64,000 bases of DNA, taken from positions 4,797 through 68,796 of the forward strand of contig JBGVNP010000115.1 of NCBI GenBank assembly GCA_045125655.1. The letters run 5' to 3'. Below are positions 19,157 to 27,924 of this stretch, piece after piece (position 1 is the first letter of the stretch; the number at the start of each line of letters is the position of its first letter). The notes beneath the pieces were generated by a model, which was not told the DNA's origin, searched no databases, and was given only the letters and a program-made list of their open reading frames with translations. The stretch comes from Eubacteriales bacterium (GTDB taxonomy: Bacteria > Bacillota > Clostridia > Oscillospirales > CAG-272). The position numbers were made by a program, and so were the translations under genes.

Positions 19157-19720
19157 TTAAGTTTCATAAATATCTCCGCTACCCATTTTGCGCTCCCAAG
19201 TTCCTTCAAGCAAGACCATTTTGTTTTGCATGATGGATGCTTTGACGTCAATTATATTTTGATTTGAAGAGCCGCGGAAGAGAAGTGCGGAGCTTTTTAA
19301 TTCCTCGACAAATTTTCCGTCAACAAGCACGTCGATGAGGGGAAGCAGTTCTTTGAGCTTTTCTTTATTATCTTGATATTTGGGCAAAATATCGTTTTCA
19401 AACGAAAATCCCGTATAACACCAAATCTTTTTGTTTGGAATTTTAGTTTTAAACTGATTCAACAAATCTACGAGTGCCGCTTGATTTTCGGGTTCAAACG
19501 GTTCTCCGCCGAGGAGTGTCAGTCCTTCAACAAAAGATGGCTCGGTTACTTCTATAATATGATCTATTTCTGTTTGTGTAAATGGATTTCCATAGTTGAA
19601 ATTCCACGTTTCGGGGTTGAAGCAGCCCTTGCAGTGATGACGGCAACCGCTCACAAAGAGCGTTGTGCGAACACCGGGGCCATTTGCTATATCATTTTCT
19701 CTGATAAGTGCGTAATTCAT
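19157..19720 (-). CDS. nrdG: anaerobic ribonucleoside-triphosphate reductase activating protein (radical SAM)
   Basis: CRHHCKGCFN cluster motif (CxxxCxxC), typical NrdG size, directly downstream of nrdD. Confidence 0.92.
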   Translation of the reverse strand: MNYALIRENDIANGPGVRTTLFVSGCRHHCKGCFNPETWNFNYGNPFTQTEIDHIIEVTEPSFVEGLTLLGGEPFEPENQAALVDLLNQFKTKIPNKKIWCYTGFSFENDILPKYQDNKEKLKELLPLIDVLVDGKFVEELKSSALLFRGSSNQNIIDVKASIMQNKMVLLEGTWERKMGSGDIYET

Positions 19721-19776
19721 ATTAATTCCTTTGATTAATAATCCCTTGCATATATTTGCAAGGGATTAATTTTTGA

Positions 19777-21951
19777 TTAAAGATGAAGAACTCTTTCTTT
19801 GATCTCCTGTGTTCTTCCTTGGTTCCAATACTGCGTACCGATATATCCGCAGGTACGACGGGCTACGTTCATTGTGGACTGATCTGTATTTCCACAGTTG
19901 GGGCATTTCCAAATGAGCTTGCCGTCCTCTTCAACTATCTCGATCTCTCCGTCATATCCACAAATCTGACAGTAATCACTCTTGGTGTTAAGCTCTGCAT
20001 ACATGATATTATCGTAGATAAATTTCATAACTGAAAGAACTGCATCAAGGTTATTCTGCATATTGGGTACTTCTACGTAGGAAATAGCGCCACCCGGAGA
20101 AAGAGCTTGGAATTTTGCTTCAAGCGCGAGTTTCTTGAATGCGTCTATCTCTTCGGTTACGTGGACATGATAGCTATTGGTGATGTAAGTTTTATCTGTA
20201 ATGCCTTTTCTGATTCCAAAGCGCTTCTGCAAGCATTTTGCAAACTTATAGGTTGTGCTTTCAAGAGGAGTGCCGTAAAGGGAATAGTCGATGCATTCAT
20301 CTGCCTTCCATTTCGCTGTGTACTCATTGAGCTTCTTCATAATATCCAAGCCGAGATTTTCACCCTCCGGCTCTGTAAGTTTCTTTCCGTTAAGTGCAAG
20401 AACACATTCCCAAAGTCCTGCATAGCCAAGTGAAATCGTTGAATATCCACCGTGAAGGTATTTATCAATAGTCTCACCTTTAGGCAAGCGAAGGAGCGCT
20501 CCGTGCTGCCAAAGGATGGGCGCTGCATCGGAAAGAGTACCCGTAAGACGCTCATGACGACACTGAAGTGCTCTGTGGCAGAGTTCCATTCTATCATCGA
20601 ATATCTGCCAGAAGCGATCCATATCACCCTCTGCTGAAAGTGCAATATCAACAAGATTTACTGTTACTACGCCCTGATTGAATCTGCCGTAATACTTGGG
20701 TTGTCCGTTTTCATCGACATAGGGAGTCAAGAAGCTCCTACATCCCATACAGGTGTAGCAATGTCCATCCCCGTTTTTATCAATCTTATTTTGGAGCATA
20801 ATTTTTTCGGAGATATAGTCGGGAACCATTCTTTTAGCAGTACATTTTGCCGCGAGCTTTGTGAGGTAATAGTAGGGGCTATCCTCGTGGATATTATCCT
20901 CTTCAAGAACGTAAATAAGCTTTGGGAAGGCGGGTGTTACCCACACACCCTTCTCGTTCTTAACGCCCTTATATCTCTGCTTGAGTGTTTCTTCAATAAT
21001 AATTGCAAGGTCACGCTTTTCGCGCTCATTCTTTGCCTCGTTAAGATACATAAACACAGTAACGAAGGGAGCTTGTCCGTTGGTAGTCATAAGAGTTACT
21101 ACCTGATACTGAATTGTCTGAACTCCACTTCTGATCTCTTCCAAAAGACGTCCTTCTGTGATTCTGTCAATATCCTCGTCACTGACATTGGGATCGATGG
21201 TTTTGAGTTCCTTTTCTACATTGACTCTTATTTTCTTTCTGCTGATATCGACAAAGGGAGCAAGATGTGTAAGACTTATACTTTGACCTCCGTATTGACA
21301 GGATGCTACTTGAGCAATAATCTGCGTTGCAATATTACAAGCGGTAGAAAAGCTGTGGGGCTTTTCTATCATAGTTCCACTAATAACTGTACCATTTTGG
21401 AGCATATCCTCAAGATTCACAAGATCACAGTTATGCATATGCTGAGCAAAATAGTCGGAGTCGTGGAAATGGATAATACCTTTTTCGTGTGCTTCAACAA
21501 TATCCGAGGGAAGAAGAATACGCTTTGTAATATCCTTGCTGACCTCACCCGCCATATAGTCACGCTGTACACTGTTTACAGTGGGATTTTTATTAGAATT
21601 TTCCTGTTTTACCTCTTCGTTATTACACTCAATAAGACTTAAGATCTGCTGGTCAGTAGTATTAGATTTTCTAATAAGGGCACGGTTATATCTATAAGTT
21701 ATGTATCTTCGTGCAACGTCAAATGCGCGTTGATTCATAATCTGATCCTCAACCATATCCTGTATTTCCTCAACGTTGAGTGATCTATTCATATTGGCAG
21801 CGGCCATTTCAACATCTTCTGCAATTCTTTTTATTTGAATTTCAGACATTCTTGCACTTGGAACAACACTTTCGTTAGCCTTGGTAACAGCAACGATTAT
21901 TTTATTAACATCGAAAACAACTTCCGATCCATTGCGCTTAATTATCTTCAT
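19777..21951 (-). CDS. nrdD: anaerobic ribonucleoside-triphosphate reductase (class III)
   Basis: N-terminal ATP-cone, C-terminal Zn site CQICG...CPNCG, and glycyl-radical motif RRTCGYIG. Confidence 0.97.
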   Translation of the reverse strand: MKIIKRNGSEVVFDVNKIIVAVTKANESVVPSARMSEIQIKRIAEDVEMAAANMNRSLNVEEIQDMVEDQIMNQRAFDVARRYITYRYNRALIRKSNTTDQQILSLIECNNEEVKQENSNKNPTVNSVQRDYMAGEVSKDITKRILLPSDIVEAHEKGIIHFHDSDYFAQHMHNCDLVNLEDMLQNGTVISGTMIEKPHSFSTACNIATQIIAQVASCQYGGQSISLTHLAPFVDISRKKIRVNVEKELKTIDPNVSDEDIDRITEGRLLEEIRSGVQTIQYQVVTLMTTNGQAPFVTVFMYLNEAKNEREKRDLAIIIEETLKQRYKGVKNEKGVWVTPAFPKLIYVLEEDNIHEDSPYYYLTKLAAKCTAKRMVPDYISEKIMLQNKIDKNGDGHCYTCMGCRSFLTPYVDENGQPKYYGRFNQGVVTVNLVDIALSAEGDMDRFWQIFDDRMELCHRALQCRHERLTGTLSDAAPILWQHGALLRLPKGETIDKYLHGGYSTISLGYAGLWECVLALNGKKLTEPEGENLGLDIMKKLNEYTAKWKADECIDYSLYGTPLESTTYKFAKCLQKRFGIRKGITDKTYITNSYHVHVTEEIDAFKKLALEAKFQALSPGGAISYVEVPNMQNNLDAVLSVMKFIYDNIMYAELNTKSDYCQICGYDGEIEIVEEDGKLIWKCPNCGNTDQSTMNVARRTCGYIGTQYWNQGRTQEIKERVLHL

Positions 21952-22007
21952 TGCAACCTCCTAAAAAGTAAATATATTTAAATTTTTAGCAAAAATTCGA
22001 CATAATA

Positions 22008-22036
22008 ATTATAACTATATATTGTGGTATAGTCAA
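22008..22036 (-). promoter_or_regulatory. nrdDG sigma-A-type promoter
   Basis: Minus strand TTGACT (22036-31), 17 nt, TATAAT (22013-08). Confidence 0.65.
22012..22027. promoter_or_regulatory. NrdR box 1 (overlaps the -10 and spacer of the nrdD promoter)
   Basis: taactatatattgtgg matches the remembered NrdR consensus acaCwAtATaTwGtgt at 13 of 16 positions. Confidence 0.6.
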
Positions 22037-22042
22037 GAGTAA

Positions 22043-22058
22043 AAACAACATATTGTAT
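22043..22058. promoter_or_regulatory. NrdR box 2 (just upstream of the -35)
   Basis: aaacaacatattgtat matches the consensus at 13 of 16 positions. Its centre lies 31 bp from the centre of box 1. Confidence 0.6.
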
Positions 22059-22217
22059 CTTTTTGTATGATTGTACAATTTTTGGAGATTAATTTTTTGC
22101 ATTTTGACAAAAATATATATTTTAAGGAATTTTTAAGGTTAATATATTAATATATACTCGTAAAATAGTTTGAGTAATAAATTTGTCAAATTAAACTATA
22201 ATTAATTAGGAGATTAT

Positions 22218-24947
22218 ATGTTAGAGCTTATAGACATTAGAAAAACTTACGGAAAGGACGAATCCGCCGTTGAGGCACTCAAGGGCGTCAGCATAAAATT
22301 TAGAGAAAGCGAATTCGTTTCAATTCTCGGTCAGTCGGGCTGCGGTAAAACTACACTTTTGAATATCGTAGGCGGTCTCGACCAATATACAAGCGGTGAT
22401 CTTATTATCAACGGAGTTTCTACCAAGGATTTCAAGGACGCCGACTGGGATACTTATAGAAATCACTCTATTGGATTTATCTTCCAAAGCTACAACCTCA
22501 TTCCTCATCAAACTGTACTTGCTAACGTTGAGCTTGCGCTTACTCTTAGTGGTATATCACAAAATGAGAGAAGAAAGAGAGCCGTTCAAGCGCTTGATAA
22601 GGTCGGACTTCGCACACAAATGAATAAGCGCCCCAATCAGCTTTCGGGTGGACAGATGCAAAGAGTTGCTATTGCACGTGCTCTTATCAACAATCCCGAT
22701 ATATTGCTTGCGGATGAGCCAACGGGCGCGCTTGACTCCGATACAAGTATTCAGGTTATGGATCTTTTAAAGGAGATAGCAAAGGATAGACTTGTTATTA
22801 TGGTTACTCATAACCCCGAACTTGCAGAAGAGTATTCCACAAGAATAATCAATCTTCGAGACGGTAATCTTGTCGGCGACTCCAATCCATTTGACGGAAA
22901 AGTCCCCGAAGATGATAAAATGTCGAGCAAGGAAGCTCCTGCAGTTCGCAAAAAGAAGGCATCAATGTCATTTATGACGGCAATGTCCCTCTCCTTCAAT
23001 AACTTAATGACAAAAAAGGGAAGGACCTTTTTGACCTCCTTTGCAGGATCTATTGGTATTATAGGTATTGCACTAATTTTGGCAGTATCTACCGGTGTTA
23101 ATGCATATATTAAGTCCATAGAGGAAAATACAATGTCCTCATATCCCTTGCAAATTCAGCAAACTACTATGAACCCCGCATCAATGATGTCATCACTGAT
23201 GCAAAATGCAGGCAATAGCAATCAAGATAGAGATCCTAATAAGATATATTCGAGTCCTATAATGGCTGTTATGATGTCTTCAATGACTGAATCCGTTAAA
23301 ATGAATAATCTTGAAAAATTCAAGAATTTCCTTGAAACGAATGAAACGGAGCTTAGTAAATATACAACAGCAATTAAATACTCGTATTCTACAAATTTGA
23401 ATACCTATCTCTTGCTTGAGGACGGCACGTACAAAAATAGTTCTCAAAGTATGGATAAGCTCTATCAGTCGATGGGTATCTCCGGAGTTTCCAAGGATAT
23501 GATGGGAATGGCATCCATGATGGGTGGCGGAAGCGTTAACGGTTGGACTGAGCTTATAGGCACAACCGAAACCATTATGAAGGAATATGAGCTTGTTGAC
23601 GGAAAATATCCTGCTAACGCAAACGAGATTGTTCTTATTGTTGATGAAAACAATCAGATTTCCGACTACTCACTTTATGTTCTTGGCATTCGTGATTTTG
23701 AAGAGATAAAAGAATATCTTAAGCACGCACAGGATGCTTTTATCAATGGAACGGAAAACACCTATGAAATTCCTTCAACTAATTACACATTTGACGAAAT
23801 ATATGATTTCAGATTCAAGGTGCTTCTCAATAGCGATCACTATGTTATTGAAAATGATAGAATCAGAAAGCTTGATCCTACCAATTCAGACGACAAAAAA
23901 ACTCTTGATGAACGCATAAATGATACCAAGAGAGGTATTGAGCTTAAAATAGTCGGAATAGTTCGTCCCATGGATGAATCAATGAATATGACCAATATCG
24001 GTACTATCGGATTTATGTCAGAGCTTATAGACGAAGCAATTGAAAAGGTTAACAAGAGTGACGTTGTTAAGGCACAGCTTAACAATAAAAACAAGGACCT
24101 TTTCACAGGCATTGATTTTGATTCCAAGGGTGTAACATTCAACGATCTTCCTCAAAATATTAAGGATATTATTAGCAAGCTTCCATCCATGGATTTTTCT
24201 AAAATCGTTGAAATGGTGCTTGATACCTATAATATACCATTCAAGGATTTTATTGTTCAGTACATTCCTACCGATATTTATGATCTCGTTAATATGGTTC
24301 TTGACTACGTTAACAAGGATAAGGTAACTACCAATACTTATGAAGGAAATCTTAAAAAGCTTGGATATATTGACACCAATAATCCTTCCTCGATTTCTAT
24401 TTATCCTAAGGATTTTGAATCAAAAGAAAAGATCAATCAGCTTATTTCCGAATATAACGCTAATCAGCACGAGGATGATAGAATAATCTATACCGACACT
24501 GTTGCTCTTCTTATGAACTCTGTAACGACCATAGTTGATGCGATCTCTTACGTTCTTATTGCATTCGTTGCTATATCCCTTGTTGTTTCCTCAATAATGA
24601 TAGGTATTATAACCTATATCTCCGTTCTTGAGAGAACCAAGGAGATCGGTATCCTGCGTGCAATAGGTGCCTCCAAGAAAGACATCGGTCGAGTATTTAA
24701 TGCAGAAACGATCTTTGTAGGACTGGTTGCAGGTATTATAGGTATTGTTTGCTCGCTCGGATTAATTGTTGTGATCAATATCATACTTTATCATTTCACA
24801 GGCATTGCTAACCTTAAGGCAGTTCTTGAGCCGCTTCCTGCAATTATACTTGTTGCTATCAGCATGGTTCTTACTTTGGTAGCCGGATTGTTCCCATCCA
24901 AGATGGCTTCTAACAAAGACCCCGTAATAGCACTTAGAACGGAATAA
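22218..24947 (+). CDS. fused ABC ATP-binding domain / FtsX-type (MacB-like) permease with ~470-aa extracytoplasmic domain
   Basis: N-terminal GQSGCGKTT, LSGGQMQRVAIARAL and LLADEPTGALD. TM1 lies around aa 270-295. A long hydrophilic region follows, then a C-terminal three-TM FtsX domain (ERTKEIGILRAIGASKKDI). Confidence 0.85.
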   Translation: MLELIDIRKTYGKDESAVEALKGVSIKFRESEFVSILGQSGCGKTTLLNIVGGLDQYTSGDLIINGVSTKDFKDADWDTYRNHSIGFIFQSYNLIPHQTVLANVELALTLSGISQNERRKRAVQALDKVGLRTQMNKRPNQLSGGQMQRVAIARALINNPDILLADEPTGALDSDTSIQVMDLLKEIAKDRLVIMVTHNPELAEEYSTRIINLRDGNLVGDSNPFDGKVPEDDKMSSKEAPAVRKKKASMSFMTAMSLSFNNLMTKKGRTFLTSFAGSIGIIGIALILAVSTGVNAYIKSIEENTMSSYPLQIQQTTMNPASMMSSLMQNAGNSNQDRDPNKIYSSPIMAVMMSSMTESVKMNNLEKFKNFLETNETELSKYTTAIKYSYSTNLNTYLLLEDGTYKNSSQSMDKLYQSMGISGVSKDMMGMASMMGGGSVNGWTELIGTTETIMKEYELVDGKYPANANEIVLIVDENNQISDYSLYVLGIRDFEEIKEYLKHAQDAFINGTENTYEIPSTNYTFDEIYDFRFKVLLNSDHYVIENDRIRKLDPTNSDDKKTLDERINDTKRGIELKIVGIVRPMDESMNMTNIGTIGFMSELIDEAIEKVNKSDVVKAQLNNKNKDLFTGIDFDSKGVTFNDLPQNIKDIISKLPSMDFSKIVEMVLDTYNIPFKDFIVQYIPTDIYDLVNMVLDYVNKDKVTTNTYEGNLKKLGYIDTNNPSSISIYPKDFESKEKINQLISEYNANQHEDDRIIYTDTVALLMNSVTTIVDAISYVLIAFVAISLVVSSIMIGIITYISVLERTKEIGILRAIGASKKDIGRVFNAETIFVGLVAGIIGIVCSLGLIVVINIILYHFTGIANLKAVLEPLPAIILVAISMVLTLVAGLFPSKMASNKDPVIALRTE

Positions 24948-24963
24948 TGGGAGAATTATTTTA

Positions 24964-25371
24964 ATGAGAAATTTTTTAACTAAAATGACGCAAAAAATCA
25001 GGACGTTCTTTTATGGAAGAAATGGCTTTGACGATCTTGCGAAGCACGCGCTTATTGCTTCTTTGGTAGTGTTTTTAATTTATGGTTTCTGGCCTGCGGG
25101 CATAGTTAAATTTTTAATTTCTCTTGTCAGCTATGCTCTTATGATATATGCTTATTTTAGAATGTTGTCTAAAAACATATACAAGAGAGTAGCAGAGAAT
25201 AAGAAATACACCGGTGCTATCAAGATGACTAAAACAAGATGGCAGCAGAGAAAAACACATAAATTTTATCGCTGTCCTAAATGCAAAACTTGGCTTAGAG
25301 TTCCACGTGGGAAAGGAAAGATAACCATTACTTGTGTGAAATGCGCTAACAAGTTTGACAAAAGAACTTAA
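24964..25371 (+). CDS. small membrane protein with C-terminal zinc ribbon, function unknown
   Basis: Two predicted TM segments, then CPKC-x17-CVKC. Starts 17 nt after the ABC gene stop, so probably co-transcribed. Confidence 0.6.
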   Translation: MRNFLTKMTQKIRTFFYGRNGFDDLAKHALIASLVVFLIYGFWPAGIVKFLISLVSYALMIYAYFRMLSKNIYKRVAENKKYTGAIKMTKTRWQQRKTHKFYRCPKCKTWLRVPRGKGKITITCVKCANKFDKRT

Positions 25372-25379
25372 TATTTGAT

Positions 25380-25417
25380 AAGCGACGGATGTTTATCCGT
25401 CGCTTTGTATTTATATT
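25380..25417 (+). terminator. intrinsic terminator
   Basis: aagcgacggat-gttt-atccgtcgctt followed by TGTATTTATATT. Confidence 0.75.
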
Positions 25418-25455
25418 CGGTTTTGTGCCAATAATTATTCTTGGAGGTGATTATT

Positions 25456-26427
25456 ATGTGCACTGCTATAGTTTATAGAGGAAAAAACAATTACATTGCC
25501 AGAAATCTTGATTTGGAATATAGGTATGATGAGCAAATCGTGATTGTTCCACGAAATTATCAATTGAATTTTATGCTAGTTCCAAGCTGTAAGCATCATT
25601 ATGCCATTATAGGTACTGCAACAATAATCGATGATATACCGCTTTACTATGATGCCGTCAATGAAATGGGGCTTGGAATTACATCTCTTAATTTTGTTGG
25701 TAATGCCGTTTACGGTAAAGAAAAAATTGACGGTATAAGTATAGCTCCGTATGAAATTATACCGTTTATTCTGGCTTCGGCTAATTCAGTGGATTCTGCC
25801 ATAAACATTTTAAAAGAGATCAGTATTGTCGATATACCCTTTAATGAAAATACACCAAATTCTCAGTTGCATTGGTTAATTAGCGATCGGAACAGATCAA
25901 TAACAGTAGAATCAACTAACGAGGGGTTGAGGATATACGATAATCCGTTTGACGTACTGACCAATAATCCACCGTTTGAATATCATATAAACAATATGAG
26001 TAATTATATAAACGTCACCTCTAAGCAACCAAGTAATGATTTTGCAGAAGGTATTTCATTAAGCACCTATAGCAAGGGAATGGGTGGCATAGGTTTGCCG
26101 GGTGACTATTCCTCTGCATCAAGATTTGTAAAAGCTGCGTTTGTAAATAAAAATTCTCCCACACTAAAAAGTGAAGAGGAGGAGGTGAATCATGTGTTTC
26201 ATATTCTCAAATCGGTTGAAATGCCCATTGGAAGCATTAATATAAACGGAGAATACGAAATTACTCAATATTCCGCCTGCTGCAATCTTGAGAGGGGAAT
26301 ATATTATTATACAACCTATAATAATTCACAAATATCTGCCGTAAATATCAATAATGAAAATTTAGATTGCGAAAATTATAAAGTATATAAAATGAGCTAT
26401 AATTCAAATATAAAATATATAAATTAA
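25456..26427 (+). CDS. choloylglycine hydrolase family protein (bile salt hydrolase / penicillin V acylase-like Ntn hydrolase)
   Basis: Starts MCTAIVY (nucleophile Cys2) after GGAGGTG. RNLD and NNPPFEYH motifs. The substrate is not determinable from sequence. Confidence 0.85.
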   Translation: MCTAIVYRGKNNYIARNLDLEYRYDEQIVIVPRNYQLNFMLVPSCKHHYAIIGTATIIDDIPLYYDAVNEMGLGITSLNFVGNAVYGKEKIDGISIAPYEIIPFILASANSVDSAINILKEISIVDIPFNENTPNSQLHWLISDRNRSITVESTNEGLRIYDNPFDVLTNNPPFEYHINNMSNYINVTSKQPSNDFAEGISLSTYSKGMGGIGLPGDYSSASRFVKAAFVNKNSPTLKSEEEEVNHVFHILKSVEMPIGSININGEYEITQYSACCNLERGIYYYTTYNNSQISAVNINNENLDCENYKVYKMSYNSNIKYIN

Positions 26428-26456
26428 ATGACGGCAAAGCCGTCATTTTTTGTTTG
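26427..26456 (+). terminator. intrinsic terminator
   Basis: aatgacggc-aaa-gccgtcatt followed by T6. Confidence 0.85.
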
Positions 26457-26510
26457 TAACCTTGCATATGAGCTTTTAATATAATTATTATAAAGATAAG
26501 GAGGTTAAAT

Positions 26511-27329
26511 ATGCAAATATTATTTTTAGGTGGAGATCTTAGACAAAAATATGCAAGCGATTATTTAAACAAAAGAAGCATTAAATCAAAATCGTATATT
26601 AATTATACCTTGAATGATGATGAAGTACTTAAAGATATAGGAGAATCAAGCGTTATAGTTTTGCCGTTACCAATACAAAAAGATTCAATAGATGAAATTT
26701 TCAACTGTATAAACACCAAACAAACAGTGCTTGGTGGAATTATTCCGGAAAATATCTACACTAAATATTCAAACAAATGCAGAGCAATCATTGATTATTA
26801 TAAAAACGATTATTTTGTTCTTCATAATGCTTTTCTAAGTGCCGAAGGCGCTATATTTTATGCTAAAGAAAAAATTAATCGAAGCATTAAGAATTCAAAG
26901 ATCGCAATTTTGGGATTTGGAAGGATAGGTAAGATGATTTCGTATCTTCTATGGGCGCAAGGGGCGAAAATAAGCGTTTTTACGCGCAAGGATATAGACT
27001 GCCTCTGGAGTGAGCTCATGGGTTTTGATGCCCACAAAACCGAAAATTTGAGCGCTGTGGCAGGTGTAAAGGAGAATAACAGCTTCGACATTATTTTTAA
27101 TACTATTCCTGCTCATATTATTAATGAGGATTTAATAAAAGATATTCATAATTCCATTATTATTGATCTTGCATCCTACCCATACGGCTTAGATGATGAC
27201 TTGTTAAAGAAATATAATGTTTCTTATTACAGAGAACCGGGAATTCCCGGCAGATATGCTCCTCAAAGCGCGGGAGAAATCATTGGAGAAACAGTAATAA
27301 ATATACTTAATCAGGAGAAATTATTATGA
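26511..27329 (+). CDS. dpaA: dipicolinate synthase subunit A
   Basis: NAD-binding ILGFGRIGKMISYLL and SpoVFA-like length. Overlaps dpaB by 4 nt. Confidence 0.85.
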   Translation: MQILFLGGDLRQKYASDYLNKRSIKSKSYINYTLNDDEVLKDIGESSVIVLPLPIQKDSIDEIFNCINTKQTVLGGIIPENIYTKYSNKCRAIIDYYKNDYFVLHNAFLSAEGAIFYAKEKINRSIKNSKIAILGFGRIGKMISYLLWAQGAKISVFTRKDIDCLWSELMGFDAHKTENLSAVAGVKENNSFDIIFNTIPAHIINEDLIKDIHNSIIIDLASYPYGLDDDLLKKYNVSYYREPGIPGRYAPQSAGEIIGETVINILNQEKLL

Positions 27330-27886
27330 TTGGATTCGCAATAACGGGATCATTTTGCACTATTTCGCAGGCAATTGGAACAATATCTAAATTGAAAGAG
27401 AAGGGATATGATATTTTACCTATAATGAGCAACAATGCATATGAAACCGACACAAGATTTGGCAAAGCCAACGATATTGTAGAAAAAATCAATAGCATCA
27501 CGGAAAGAGAAGTGATACACACAATTGTAGATGCAGAACCGCTGGGACCAAAAATAAATCTTGATGCCTTGATTATTTGTCCATGTACAGGCAATACGCT
27601 CTCAAAAATTGCGAACGGTATAACCGATACCCCCGTGTGTATGGCGGCAAAGGCGCATTTGAGAAATAACAAGCCACTTATAATTGCACTTGCCACAAAC
27701 GATGCTTTGTCGGCAAATCTAAAAAACATAGGCACTTTATTGTCAAGAAAAAACGTTTATTTTGTTCCAATGAGGCAGGATGATCCTATTTCCAAGCCGC
27801 ATTCTTTGGTAGCGGATTTTGATCTTATTACCGATGCTATTGAATATGCGAAATTAGGAAAACAACTTCAAAAGATATTTATATAA
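27326..27886 (+). CDS. dpaB: dipicolinate synthase subunit B (flavoprotein)
   Basis: N-terminal IGFAITGSFCT and ICPCTGNTLSKIANGITDT, as in SpoVFB. Confidence 0.9.
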   Translation: MIGFAITGSFCTISQAIGTISKLKEKGYDILPIMSNNAYETDTRFGKANDIVEKINSITEREVIHTIVDAEPLGPKINLDALIICPCTGNTLSKIANGITDTPVCMAAKAHLRNNKPLIIALATNDALSANLKNIGTLLSRKNVYFVPMRQDDPISKPHSLVADFDLITDAIEYAKLGKQLQKIFI

Positions 27887-27922
27887 AAAACTCCGTAGGA
27901 AATCCTACGGAGTTTTGGTTTT
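27885..27922. terminator. bidirectional terminator between dpaB and the phosphoglucomutase gene
   Basis: aaaactccgtagg-aaat-cctacggagtttt with A and T runs on either side. Confidence 0.85.
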
Positions 27923-27924
27923 AA

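Noticed and set aside
20701-21642. A 313-aa ORF on the plus strand inside nrdD. Similar long antisense ORFs occur at 28342-29217 (291 aa, inside the phosphoglucomutase gene), 35456-36145 (229 aa, inside galE), 17589-18146 (185 aa, inside uxuA), and 924-1157, 1185-1634, 1821-2336 and 3225-3578 (inside the ATPase gene).
   Set aside because: - By my arithmetic each one lies in the codon-aligned antisense frame of a well-supported gene. For example, (21951-20703), (29649-28344), (36373-35458) and (3623-1823) are all multiples of 3.
- That frame stays open whenever the sense gene avoids the TTA, CTA and TCA codons. These genes visibly prefer CTT and CTC for Leu.
- The translations are Cys/Phe/Ile/Leu-rich with no motifs and no RBS.
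- I treat them as a codon-bias artefact, not overlapping genes.
26457-26510. A sigma-K or sigma-E promoter upstream of dpaA (the gCATATGAGC region).
   Set aside because: It does not fit CATAnnnTA or CATACAnT at the required positions and has no matching -35. The evidence is too weak to call.
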